Below are positions 51,801 to 64,000 of a stretch of DNA of 64,000 nt, piece after piece; within the stretch, counting starts at the first letter, position 1, and each line of letters begins with the position of its first letter. This DNA is from Eledone cirrhosa. Its lineage: Eukaryota. The position numbers and the translations under genes were made by a program. The DNA lies in NCBI GenBank assembly GCA_964016885.1, contig OZ024740.1, positions 38,316,001 to 38,380,000 on the forward strand. The letters are read 5' to 3'. The notes under the pieces were generated by a model, which saw only the letters and a list, made by a program, of their open reading frames with translations, searched no databases and was not told where the DNA came from.

Positions 51801-54800
51801 CTGTACCATATAAATGTACCACTGTGTCACTGTACCATATAAATGTACCACTGTCACTGTACCATATAAATGTACCACTGTCACTGTACCATATAAATGT
51901 ACCACTGTGTCACTGTAGCATATAAATGTACCACTGTCCCTGTACCATATAAATGTACCACTGTGTCACTGTACCATATAAATGTACCACTGTCACTGTA
52001 CCATATAAATGTACCACTGTGTCACTGTACCATATAAATGTACCACTGTCACTGTACCATATAAATGTACCACTGTCACTGTACCATATAAATGTACCAC
52101 TGTCACTGTACCATATAAATGTACCACTGTCACTGTACCATATAAATGTACCACTGTCACTGTACCATATAAATGTACCACTGTCACTGTACCATATAAA
52201 TGTACCACTGTGTCACTGTACCATATAAATGTACCACTGTCACTGTACCATATAAATGTACCACTGTCACTGTACCATATAAATGTACCACTGTCACTGT
52301 ACCATATAAATGTACCACTGTCACTGTACCATATAAATGTACCACTGTGTCACTGTACCATATAAATGTACCACTGTCACTGTACCATATAAATGTACCA
52401 CTGTCACTGTACCATATAAATGTACCACTGTCACTGTACCATATAAATGTACCACTGTCACTGTACCATATAAATGTACCACTGTCCCTGTACCATATAA
52501 ATGTACCACTGTGTCACTACCATATAAATGTACCACTGTCACTGTACCATATAAATGTACCACTGTGTCACTGTACCATATAAATGTACCACTGTCACTG
52601 TACCATATAAATGTACCACTGTCACTGTACCATATAAATGTACCACTGTCACTGTACCATATAAATGTACGACTGTAACTGTACCATATAAATGTACCAC
52701 TGTCACTGTACCATATAAATGTACCAGTCACTGTACCATATAAATGTACCACTGTCACTGTACCATATATATGTACCACTGTGTCACTGTACCATATAAA
52801 TGTACCACTGTGTCACTGTACCATATAAATGTACCACTGTCTCTGTACCATATAAATGTACCACTGTGTCACTGTACCATATAAATGTACCACTGTCACT
52901 GTACCATATATATGTACCACTGTGTCACTGTACCATATAAATGTACCACTGTGTCACTGTACCATATAAATGTACCACTGTCTCTGTACCATATAAATGT
53001 ACCACCGTCACTGTACCATATAAATGTACCACTGTCACTGTACCATATATATGTACCACTGTGTCACTGTACCATATAAATGTACCACTGTGTCACTGTA
53101 CCATATAAATGTACCACTGTCACTGTACCATATAAATGTACCACTGTCACTGTACCATATAAATGTACCACTGTCACTGTACCATATAAATGTACCACTG
53201 TGTCACTGTAGCATATAAATGTACCACTGTCACTGTACCATACAAATGTACCACTGTAACTGTACCATATAAATGTACCACTGTCACTGTACCATATAAA
53301 TGTACCACTGTCTCTGTACCATATAAATGTACCACTGTCACTGTACCATATAAATGTACCACTGTGTCACTGTACCTTATAAATGTACCACTGTCATTGT
53401 ACCATATAAATGTACCACTGTCAGTGTACCATATAAATGTACCACTGTGTCACTGTACCATATAAATGTACCACTGTCACTGTACCATATAAATGTACCA
53501 CTGTAACTGTACCATATCAATGTACCACTGTCATTGTACCATATAAATGTACCACTGTCTCTGTACCATATAAATGTACCACTGTCACTGTACCATATAA
53601 ATGTACCACTGTGTCACTGTACCATATAAATGTACCACTGTGTCACTGTACCATATAAATGTACCACTGTCACTGTACCATATAAATGTATCACTGTGTC
53701 ACTGTACTATATAAATGTACCACTGTCTCTGTACCATATAAATGTACCACTGTCTCTGTACCATATAAATGTACCACTGTGTCACTGTACCATATAAATG
53801 TACCACTGTCACTGTACCATATAAATGTACCACTGTGTCACTGTACCATATAAATGTACCACTGTGTCACTGTACCATATAAATGCACCACTGTCACTGT
53901 ACCATATAAATGTACCACTGTCACTGTACCATATAAATGTACCACTGTCACTGTACCATATAAATGTACCACTGTCTCTGTACCATATAAATGTACCACT
54001 GTCACTGTACCATATAAATGTACCACTGTCACTGTACCATATAAATGTACCACTGTGTCACTGTACCATATAAATGTACCACTGTGTCACTGTACCATAT
54101 AAATGTACCACTGTCACTGTACCATATAAATGTACCACTGTGTCTCTGTACCATATAAATGTACCACTGTCTCTGTACCATATAAATGTACCACTGTCAC
54201 TGTACCATATATATGTACCACTGTGTCACTGTACCATATAAATGTACCACTGTGTCACTGTACCATATAAATGTACCACTGTCACTGTACCATATAAATG
54301 TACCACTGTCACTGTACCATATAAATGTACCACTGTCTCTGTACCATATAAATGTACCACTGTCACTGTACTATATAATTCTACCACTGTGTCACTGTAC
54401 CATATAAATGTACCACTGTCTCTGTACCATATAAATGTACCACTGTGTCACTGTACCATATAAATGTACCACTGTCACTGTACCATATAAATGTACCACT
54501 GTCACTGTACCATATAAATGTACCACTGTGTCACTGTAGCATATAAATGTACCACTGTCCCTGTACCATATAAATGTACCACTGTGTCACTGTACCATAT
54601 AAATGTACCACTGTCACTGTACCATATAAATGTACCACTGTGTCACTGTACCATATAAATGTACCACTGTCACTGTACCATATAAATGTACCACTGTCAC
54701 TGTACCATATAAATGTACCACTGTCACTGTACCATATAAATGTACCACTGTCACTGTACCATATAAATGTACCACTGTCACTGTACCATATAAATGTACC

Positions 54801-57800
54801 ACTGTGTCACTGTACCATATAAATGTACCACTGTCACTGTACCATATAAATGTACCACTGTCACTGTACCATATAAATGTACCACTGTCACTGTACCATA
54901 TAAATGTACCACTGTCACTGTACCATATAAATGTACCACTGTGTCACTGTACCATATAAATGTACCACTGTCACTGTACCATATAAATGTACCACTGTCA
55001 CTGTACCATATAAATGTACCACTGTCACTGTACCATATAAATGTACCACTGTCACTGTACCATATAAATGTACCACTGTCCCTGTACCATATAAATGTAC
55101 CACTGTGTCACTACCATATAAATGTACCACTGTCACTGTACCATATAAATGTACCACTGTGTCACTGTACCATATAAATGTACCACTGTCACTGTACCAT
55201 ATAAATGTACCACTGTCACTGTACCATATAAATGTACCACTGTCACTGTACCATATAAATGTACGACTGTAACTGTACCATATAAATGTACCACTGTCAC
55301 TGTACCATATAAATGTACCAGTCACTGTACCATATAAATGTACCACTGTCACTGTACCATATATATGTACCACTGTGTCACTGTACCATATAAATGTACC
55401 ACTGTGTCACTGTACCATATAAATGTACCACTGTCTCTGTACCATATAAATGTACCACTGTGTCACTGTACCATATAAATGTACCACTGTCACTGTACCA
55501 TATAAATGTACCACTGTCACTGTACCATATAAATGTACCACTGTCACTGTACCATATAAATGTACGACTGTAACTGTACCATATAAATGTACCACTGTCA
55601 CTGTACCATATAAATGTACCAGTCACTGTACCATATAAATGTACCACTGTCACTGTACCATATATATGTACCACTGTGTCACTGTACCATATAAATGTAC
55701 CACTGTGTCACTGTACCATATAAATGTACCACTGTCTCTGTACCATATAAATGTACCACTGTGTCACTGTACCATATAAATGTACCACTGTCACTGTACC
55801 ATATATATGTACCACTGTGTCACTGTACCATATAAATGTACCACTGTGTCACTGTACCATATAAATGTACCACTGTCTCTGTACCATATAAATGTACCAC
55901 CGTCACTGTACCATATAAATGTACCACTGTCACTGTACCATATATATGTACCACTGTGTCACTGTACCATATAAATGTACCACTGTGTCACTGTACCATA
56001 TAAATGTACCACTGTCACTGTACCATATAAATGTACCACTGTCACTGTACCATATAAATGTACCACTGTCACTGTACCATATAAATGTACCACTGTGTCA
56101 CTGTAGCATATAAATGTACCACTGTCACTGTACCATACAAATGTACCACTGTAACTGTACCATATAAATGTACCACTGTCACTGTACCATATAAATGTAC
56201 CACTGTCTCTGTACCATATAAATGTACCACTGTCACTGTACCATATAAATGTACCACTGTGTCACTGTACCTTATAAATGTACCACTGTCATTGTACCAT
56301 ATAAATGTACCACTGTCAGTGTACCATATAAATGTACCACTGTGTCACTGTACCATATAAATGTACCACTGTCACTGTACCATATAAATGTACCACTGTA
56401 ACTGTACCATATCAATGTACCACTGTCATTGTACCATATAAATGTACCACTGTCTCTGTACCATATAAATGTACCACTGTCACTGTACCATATAAATGTA
56501 CCACTGTGTCACTGTACCATATAAATGTACCACTGTCACTGTACCATATAATGTACCACTGTGTCACTGTACCATATAAATGTACCACTGTGTCACTGTA
56601 CCATATAAATGTACCACTGTCACTGTACCATATAAATGTACCACTGTGTCACTGTACCATATAAATGTACCACTGTCACTGTACCATATAAATGTATCAC
56701 TGTGTCACTGTACTATATAAATGTACCACTGTCTCTGTACCATATAAATGTACCACTGTCTCTGTACCATATAAATGTACCACTGTGTCACTGTACCATA
56801 TAAATGTACCACTGTCACTGTACCATATAAATGTACCACTGTGTCACTGTACCATATAAATGTACCACTGTGTCACTGTACCATATAAATGCACCACTGT
56901 CACTGTACCATATAAATGTACCACTGTCACTGTACCATATAAATGTACCACTGTCACTGTACCATATAAATGTACCACTGTCTCTGTACCATATAAATGT
57001 ACCACTGTCACTGTACCATATAAATGTACCACTGTCACTGTACCATATAAATGTACCACTGTGTCACTGTACCATATAAATGTACCACTGTGTCACTGTA
57101 CCATATAAATGTACCACTGTCACTGTACCATATAAATGTACCACTGTGTCTCTGTACCATATAAATGTACCACTGTCTCTGTACCATATAAATGTACCAC
57201 TGTCACTGTACCATATATATGTACCACTGTGTCACTGTACCATATAAATGTACCACTGTGTCACTGTACCATATAAATGTACCACTGTCACTGTACCATA
57301 TAAATGTACCACTGTCACTGTACCATATAAATGTACCACTGTCTCTGTACCATATAAATGTACCACTGTCACTGTACTATATAATTCTACCACTGTGTCA
57401 CTGTACCATATAAATGTACCACTGTCTCTGTACCATATAAATGTACCACTGTGTCACTGTACCATATAAATGTACCACTGTCACTGTACCATATAAATGT
57501 ACCACTGTCACTGTACCATATAAATGTACCACTGTGTCACTGTAGCATATAAATGTACCACTGTCCCTGTACCATATAAATGTACCACTGTGTCACTGTA
57601 CCATATAAATGTACCACTGTCACTGTACCATATAAATGTACCACTGTGTCACTGTACCATATAAATGTACCACTGTCACTGTACCATATAAATGTACCAC
57701 TGTCACTGTACCATATAAATGTACCACTGTCACTGTACCATATAAATGTACCACTGTCACTGTACCATATAAATGTACCACTGTCACTGTACCATATAAA

Positions 57801-60800
57801 TGTACCACTGTGTCACTGTACCATATAAATGTACCACTGTCACTGTACCATATAAATGTACCACTGTCACTGTACCATATAAATGTACCACTGTCACTGT
57901 ACCATATAAATGTACCACTGTCACTGTACCATATAAATGTACCACTGTGTCACTGTACCATATAAATGTACCACTGTCACTGTACCATATAAATGTACCA
58001 CTGTCACTGTACCATATAAATGTACCACTGTCACTGTACCATATAAATGTACCACTGTCACTGTACCATATAAATGTACCACTGTCCCTGTACCATATAA
58101 ATGTACCACTGTGTCACTACCATATAAATGTACCACTGTCACTGTACCATATAAATGTACCACTGTGTCACTGTACCATATAAATGTACCACTGTCACTG
58201 TACCATATAAATGTACCACTGTCACTGTACCATATAAATGTACCACTGTCACTGTACCATATAAATGTACGACTGTAACTGTACCATATAAATGTACCAC
58301 TGTCACTGTACCATATAAATGTACCACTGTCACTGTACCATATAAATGTACCACTGTCACTGTACCATATATATGTACCACTGTGTCACTGTACCATATA
58401 AATGTACCACTGTGTCACTGTACCATATAAATGTACCACTGTCTCTGTACCATATAAATGTACCACTGTGTCACTGTACCATATAAATGTACCACTGTCA
58501 CTGTACCATATATATGTACCACTGTGTCACTGTACCATATAAATGTACCACTGTGTCACTGTACCATATAAATGTACCACTGTCTCTGTACCATATAAAT
58601 GTACCACCGTCACTGTACCATATAAATGTACCACTGTCACTGTACCATATATATGTACCACTGTGTCACTGTACCATATAAATGTACCACTGTGTCACTG
58701 TACCATATAAATGTACCACTGTCACTGTACCATATAAATGTACCACTGTCACTGTACCATATAAATGTACCACTGTCACTGTACCATATAAATGTACCAC
58801 TGTGTCACTGTAGCATATAAATGTACCACTGTCACTGTACCATACAAATGTACCACTGTAACTGTACCATATAAATGTACCACTGTCACTGTACCATATA
58901 AATGTACCACTGTCTCTGTACCATATAAATGTACCACTGTCACTGTACCATATAAATGTACCACTGTGTCACTGTACCTTATAAATGTACCACTGTCATT
59001 GTACCATATAAATGTACCACTGTCAGTGTACCATATAAATGTACCACTGTGTCACTGTACCATATAAATGTACCACTGTCACTGTACCATATAAATGTAC
59101 CACTGTAACTGTACCATATCAATGTACCACTGTCATTGTACCATATAAATGTACCACTGTCTCTGTACCATATAAATGTACCACTGTCACTGTACCATAT
59201 AAATGTACCACTGTGTCACTGTACCATATAAATGTACCACTGTCACTGTACCATATAATGTACCACTGTGTCACTGTACCATATAAATGTACCACTGTGT
59301 CACTGTACCATATAAATGTACCACTGTCACTGTACCATATAAATGTACCACTGTGTCACTGTACCATATAAATGTACCACTGTCACTGTACCATATAAAT
59401 GTATCACTGTGTCACTGTACTATATAAATGTACCACTGTCTCTGTACCATATAAATGTACCACTGTCTCTGTACCATATAAATGTACCACTGTGTCACTG
59501 TACCATATAAATGTACCACTGTCACTGTACCATATAAATGTACCACTGTGTCACTGTACCATATAAATGTACCACTGTGTCACTGTACCATATAAATGCA
59601 CCACTGTCACTGTACCATATAAATGTACCACTGTCACTGTACCATATAAATGTACCACTGTCACTGTACCATATAAATGTACCACTGTCTCTGTACCATA
59701 TAAATGTACCACTGTCACTGTACCATATAAATGTACCACTGTCACTGTACCATATAAATGTACCACTGTGTCACTGTACTATATAAATGTACCACTGTCT
59801 CTGTACCATATAAATGTACCTCTGTCACTGTACCATATAAATGTACCACTGTGTCACTGTACCAAATAAATGCACCACTGTCACTGTACCATATAAATGT
59901 ACCACTGTCACTGTACCATATAAATGCACCACTGTGTCACTGTACCATATAAATGTACCTCTGTCACTGTACCATATAAATGTACCACTGTGTCACTGTA
60001 CCAAATAAATGCACCACTGTCACTGTACCATATAAATGTACCACTGTCACTGTACCATATAAATGCACCACTGTCACTGTACCATATAAATGTACCACTG
60101 TCACTGTACCATATAAATGTACCACTGTCTCTGTACCATATAAATGTACCACTGTCACTGTACCATATAAATGTACCACTGTCACTGTACCATATAAATG
60201 CACCACTGTCACTGTACCATATAAATGTACCACTGTCACTGTACCATATAAATGTACCACTGTATCTCTGTACCATATAAATGTACCACTGTCACTGTAC
60301 CATATAAATGTACCACTGTCACTGTACCATATAAATGTACCACTGTCCCTGTACCATATAAATGTACCACTGTCACTGTACCATATAAATATACCACTGT
60401 GTCACTGTACCATATAAATGTACCACTGTCACTGTACCATATAAATGCACCTCTGTCACTGTACCATATAAATGTACCGCTGTGTCACTGTACCATATAA
60501 ATGTACCACTGTCACTGTACCGTATAAATGTACCACTGTCACTGTACCATATAAATGTACCACTGTCACTGTACCATATAAATGTACCACTGTGTCACTG
60601 TACCATATAAATGTACCACTGTCACCGTACCATATAAATGTACCACTGTCACTGTACCATATAAATGTACCACTGTCACTGTACCATATAAATGTACCAC
60701 TGTCACTGTACCATATAACTGTACCACTGTCACTGTACCATATAAATGTACCACTGTCACTGTACCATATAAATGTACCACTGTCACTGTACCATATAAA

Positions 60801-60945
60801 TGTACCACTGTCACTCTACCATATAAATGTACCACTGTCACTGTACCATATAAATGCACCACTGTCACTGTACCATATAAATGTACCACTGTCACTCTAC
60901 CATATAAATGTACCACTGTTTCCCTGTGCCATATAAATGTACCAC
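48822..60945. repeat. 27/29-bp satellite (~440 units) with higher-order repeats
   Basis: Unit ctgtaccatataaatgtaccactgt(gt)ca. Rare variants recur at 2.6-3.0 kb spacing. Confidence 0.99.
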
Positions 60946-61604
60946 GGTGTCACCTGCTCTTTATGTGTCGTTCTGTCACTGTGCCATATAAAGTGATGTT
61001 TTAATGTGCCACATAAAATTTAGTGTCACTGTGCCATATATGTCTGTGCAGTCAATCTCAGTCATTGGTAATTCAGCAGTAAATGTAACTCAGCAGTAAA
61101 TGTAACAGAAAAACAAAACAACAACAACAATAAAACAAAAAATAAGTAAATTTTAAATGTTTCATCTTTCTGGTTTGTAATGTTGTTTAGTCCTGTAGTT
61201 TCCATTTTAAGAACAGAAATAAGTAAAAACCTAATTTATTCTGGGGTTCTGGGAAGGGAAGGTGGGTTCAACTTTAAATTAGTTCTGATGGAAGGAAAAC
61301 ATGTTAACAGAAGAAAGAGAGAAAAAAATGGGAAAGAGAGGGGAAGAGAAAAAGAATATAGAAGAGAAAAGAAAGGGGAAAGGATTCGAGAGGTTGAAAG
61401 AGAAGGAAAGGGAAAGAGAGAGAAAGGAAAAGATGGGATGAAAGAGAAGAGAAAGAGAATGAAAAAATGAAAGAATAAGTAGAGATGAAAAGAGTATATG
61501 ACATGAAAGGTGAGGTGTCTAAGGTAAAAAGTAATTATCTTTAGGGACATGATCTCCAAACAAATTTCTCTGTTCCTTTATTATATATGACACATTTTGT
61601 AATT

Positions 61605-61708
<104 letters not shown>

Positions 61709-61721
61709 GGTGGGGAGGTTT

Positions 61722-62256
61722 ATACCAGTTGACCACCATCCTCAAAACCTCCTATACTTCTATTTTTGTTAATATCTGACCCTTTCCAATATAAACCAGT
61801 TGACCACCCTTTAAAAACTCCTATACTTCTATTTTTATTAATATCTGACCCCTTCAAATATAAACCAGTTGCCCACCATCCTCAAAACTCCTATATTTCT
61901 GACCCTTTCCAATATAAAACAGTCAACCACCTTTTAAAACCTCCTATACTTCTGTTCCATTACTATCTGACCCTTTCCAATATAAAACAGTCAACCACCC
62001 TTTAAAACCTCCTATACTTCTGTTCCATTACTATCTGACCCTTTCCAATATAAAACAGTCAACCACCCTTTAAAACCTCCTATACTTCTGTTCCATTACT
62101 ATCTGACCCTTTCCAATATAAAACAGTCAACCACCCTTTAAAACCTCCTATACTTCTGTTCCATAACTATCTGACCCTTTCAAATATAAACTAGTTGACC
62201 ACCTTCCCAAAACTCCCATACTCCTGTCTCTATTAATAACTGACCCCTTCAAATAT
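61722..62256. repeat. 68-bp minisatellite (~8 copies)
   Basis: ccctttccaa recurs at 61971 and 62039; unit continues tataaaacagtcaaccaccctttaaaacctcctatacttctgttccattactatctga. Confidence 0.93.
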
Positions 62257-62696
62257 TCCACTACTTCATCAGACTTATCAGTAAAATTACCTGAAATTGG
62301 TTCTTTATTTAATGGAGTTACTTTGGTTATTTTTTTGTTTGTTGTTGAATTTGATGAAAAGTTAAAGAACTAGTCTAAGTACGTTGCTATGTCTATTTGG
62401 GTGTTGGATATTTTCATGTTTAAATGGTCTTTGAATTGTAGAAAAATGAAAATTCTTACATGAAGGATCATAAGAGAAAGGTTTTGCTGTAATCATTGAC
62501 AAGACATGCTGTTTTATAAACACACTGCAGTTGTCAGGCAAGCTTTTGCTATTCTCAGAACAATAAAAAATAATTTTTCAGTGATTGACAAAGATATCCT
62601 TGCAATACTATTCAAGACTCTGGTGTGATTACACCTCAAATATAATAACACTATTATTATATTTAATAATAGTGTTATTATATTAATATCTGACCA

Positions 62697-63247
62697 CTAG
62701 CTGAGGTACCCAGCTTCGCCTGGGTAAACAGATGATAAGAGAAGACAGGTAGAAGAGAAATTGACTGTATTGGATGTTTGTCTGGTTTACAGTATGAAGC
62801 AAAACTGGTGTGTGTGACAAAACAAAAAAACAGTAAAAGATCTTCCAGATACACCAAATTTTTCGTTCTACTGGTAATGCCTAATATATGAAGATTTCTA
62901 GGTGTTTCTCCTTGTGAACAACCAACATATAACTGACTACGAGATAAAACTGATTCTCTCATATTCAATCCTACAACTTTGAGACTGAGCTTTATTTATG
63001 GTCATAGCAAAACTGGCTTTAACTCGGAACTGACGTCTTGAGAATTTGAACGGCAGCTCAGTAAGGGATAAGAGGAATCTTGGGAATAAATGCATTTTCT
63101 CCTTGATGATTGCTTCCAAGAATAGTGACCTCTAAGAGATGGTTCATCATCCTCCTGGCTGTAAAGTATGTGCCATTGCATAGAAGTAGCGGGTCCACAT
63201 TTCTCAAAAGGATGATGGAAGTTCCAATATTTTATATTATATATAGA
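62697..63247 (-). mobile_element. Internally deleted Helitron retaining the PIF1-type helicase C-terminus
   Basis: LPFKFSRRQFRVKASFAMTINKAQSQS and SRSQLYVGCS...TKNLVY match Helitron helicase motifs. 5' A|TCTATATA; 3' hairpin acccag..ctgggt then CTAG|T. Confidence 0.88.
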
Positions 63248-63389
63248 TAGAGAGATAGATAATTGTATATAAATGTTTATGTGTGTGTATGTGTGTGTGT
63301 AAATCAGCGTTTCAATCAGAGATGCTGGCCGTGAAACATTTTTGTATATGTATGTGTAAGCATATGTATGTAAAGCATCCAGCACACAT

Positions 63390-63593
63390 TGTGGCCAGCA
63401 ATTTTTTTTTTTGGGGGGGGGGGTCGATTTAATCGACCCCAGTGACGTGACTGGTACTTTATTTTATTGACTCCATAAGGATGAAAGGCAAAGTTAACCT
63501 CGGCGGGATTTGAACTCAGATCATAAAGGGCCGTAAGCCTATGCTGCAAAGCATGGCATCCAACCCTCTACCAATACTGATAATCCACCACCC
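63390..63593 (-). mobile_element. SINE family A (long form, tail truncated)
   Basis: Matches consensus. Confidence 0.85.
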
Positions 63594-63775
63594 TGTATTC
63601 CCATATAATAATAACAAGAAAATTCAGGATCAACCAAACCATATTACCTAATATCTGTCTTCACCTGTAAATAGGGATATGTGGATAGTCAAATTTGCTT
63701 TTCTTCTCCCCAAACTTGATACAATATTATATAGTAATTGGCTATATGTAAAAGTTTAGAAAAAAAAATACTTAC

Positions 63776-63949
63776 ATCAGATTTTTGTAAATTATCTTTC
63801 TTGCTGAATTCAACAATGAGTTTGTGAATAATGTAAAGAGAAATTATGAAGATAGGCAGTGAAGAAAGTATCCAACCAATTGTTTGTCTCACATCCCATT
63901 TCTTTTGAAGGGAAGAACAGGCAAGAGTGATTCCTAAAGTACTGAATAC
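63776..63949 (-). CDS. SLC6-family transporter, TM11(part)-TM12 exon
   Basis: Acceptor tttcttttcttcaaactctcttcag|GTA; donor GAT|gtaagt. 174 bp, phase 0/0. Encodes VFSTLGITLACSSLQKKWDVRQTIGWILSSLPIFIISLYIIHKLIVEFSKKDNLQKSD, where IGW..S..P is TM12-like. Joins in frame to the PDWGP exon. Confidence 0.8.
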
Positions 63950-64000
63950 CTGAAGAGAGTTTGAAGAAAAGAAACTCTTACTTAGAAAATATATACATAG

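Noticed and set aside
48868-61004. Dozens of ORFs (VPYKCTT, SLYHINVP, VHLYGTVT repeats)
   Set aside because: These are translations of a 27-bp stop-free unit, frameshifted by every 29-bp unit. There are no splice signals or coding constraint.
61180-61559. Lys/Glu/Arg-rich and Phe/Ser-rich ORFs
   Set aside because: Low-complexity purine tract.
63648-63664. 17-nt minus-strand micro-exon (ttacag|...tag|gtaat)
   Set aside because: Would frameshift the otherwise in-frame exon junction.

Overview
AT-rich, repeat-dense eukaryotic DNA; its SINE and LINE families resemble those of octopod cephalopods (inference). The only host coding signal I can support is the 3' end of a minus-strand SLC6-family (Na+/Cl- neurotransmitter/amino-acid symporter, GlyT-like tail) gene. 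It has two phase-0 exons (63776-63949, TM11/TM12; 27734-27919, PDWGP tail, which may read through to a stop at 27674) separated by a 35.9 kb intron. Nearly all ORF-track entries are microsatellite, satellite or decayed-transposon artefacts. The window also holds large satellites (73 bp, 53 bp, 51 bp, and a 12 kb 27/29-bp array with 2.6-3.0 kb higher-order units), Meta-like and CORE-like tRNA SINEs (two close inverted pairs), RTE, CR1-like, R4-like and HERO-like LINE remnants, non-autonomous Helitrons, TTAA MITEs and Penelope-like element (PLE) remnants. The most interesting signal is a set of hand-folded type I hammerhead ribozyme motifs from several unrelated PLE-like families. One three-copy family has a consistent non-canonical core (CAGAAGA, U4A) and a bulged extended stem I. 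A fold-back just downstream of the SLC6 tail exon carries a hammerhead on each strand. All folds and family calls were made by eye and need computational and biochemical confirmation.
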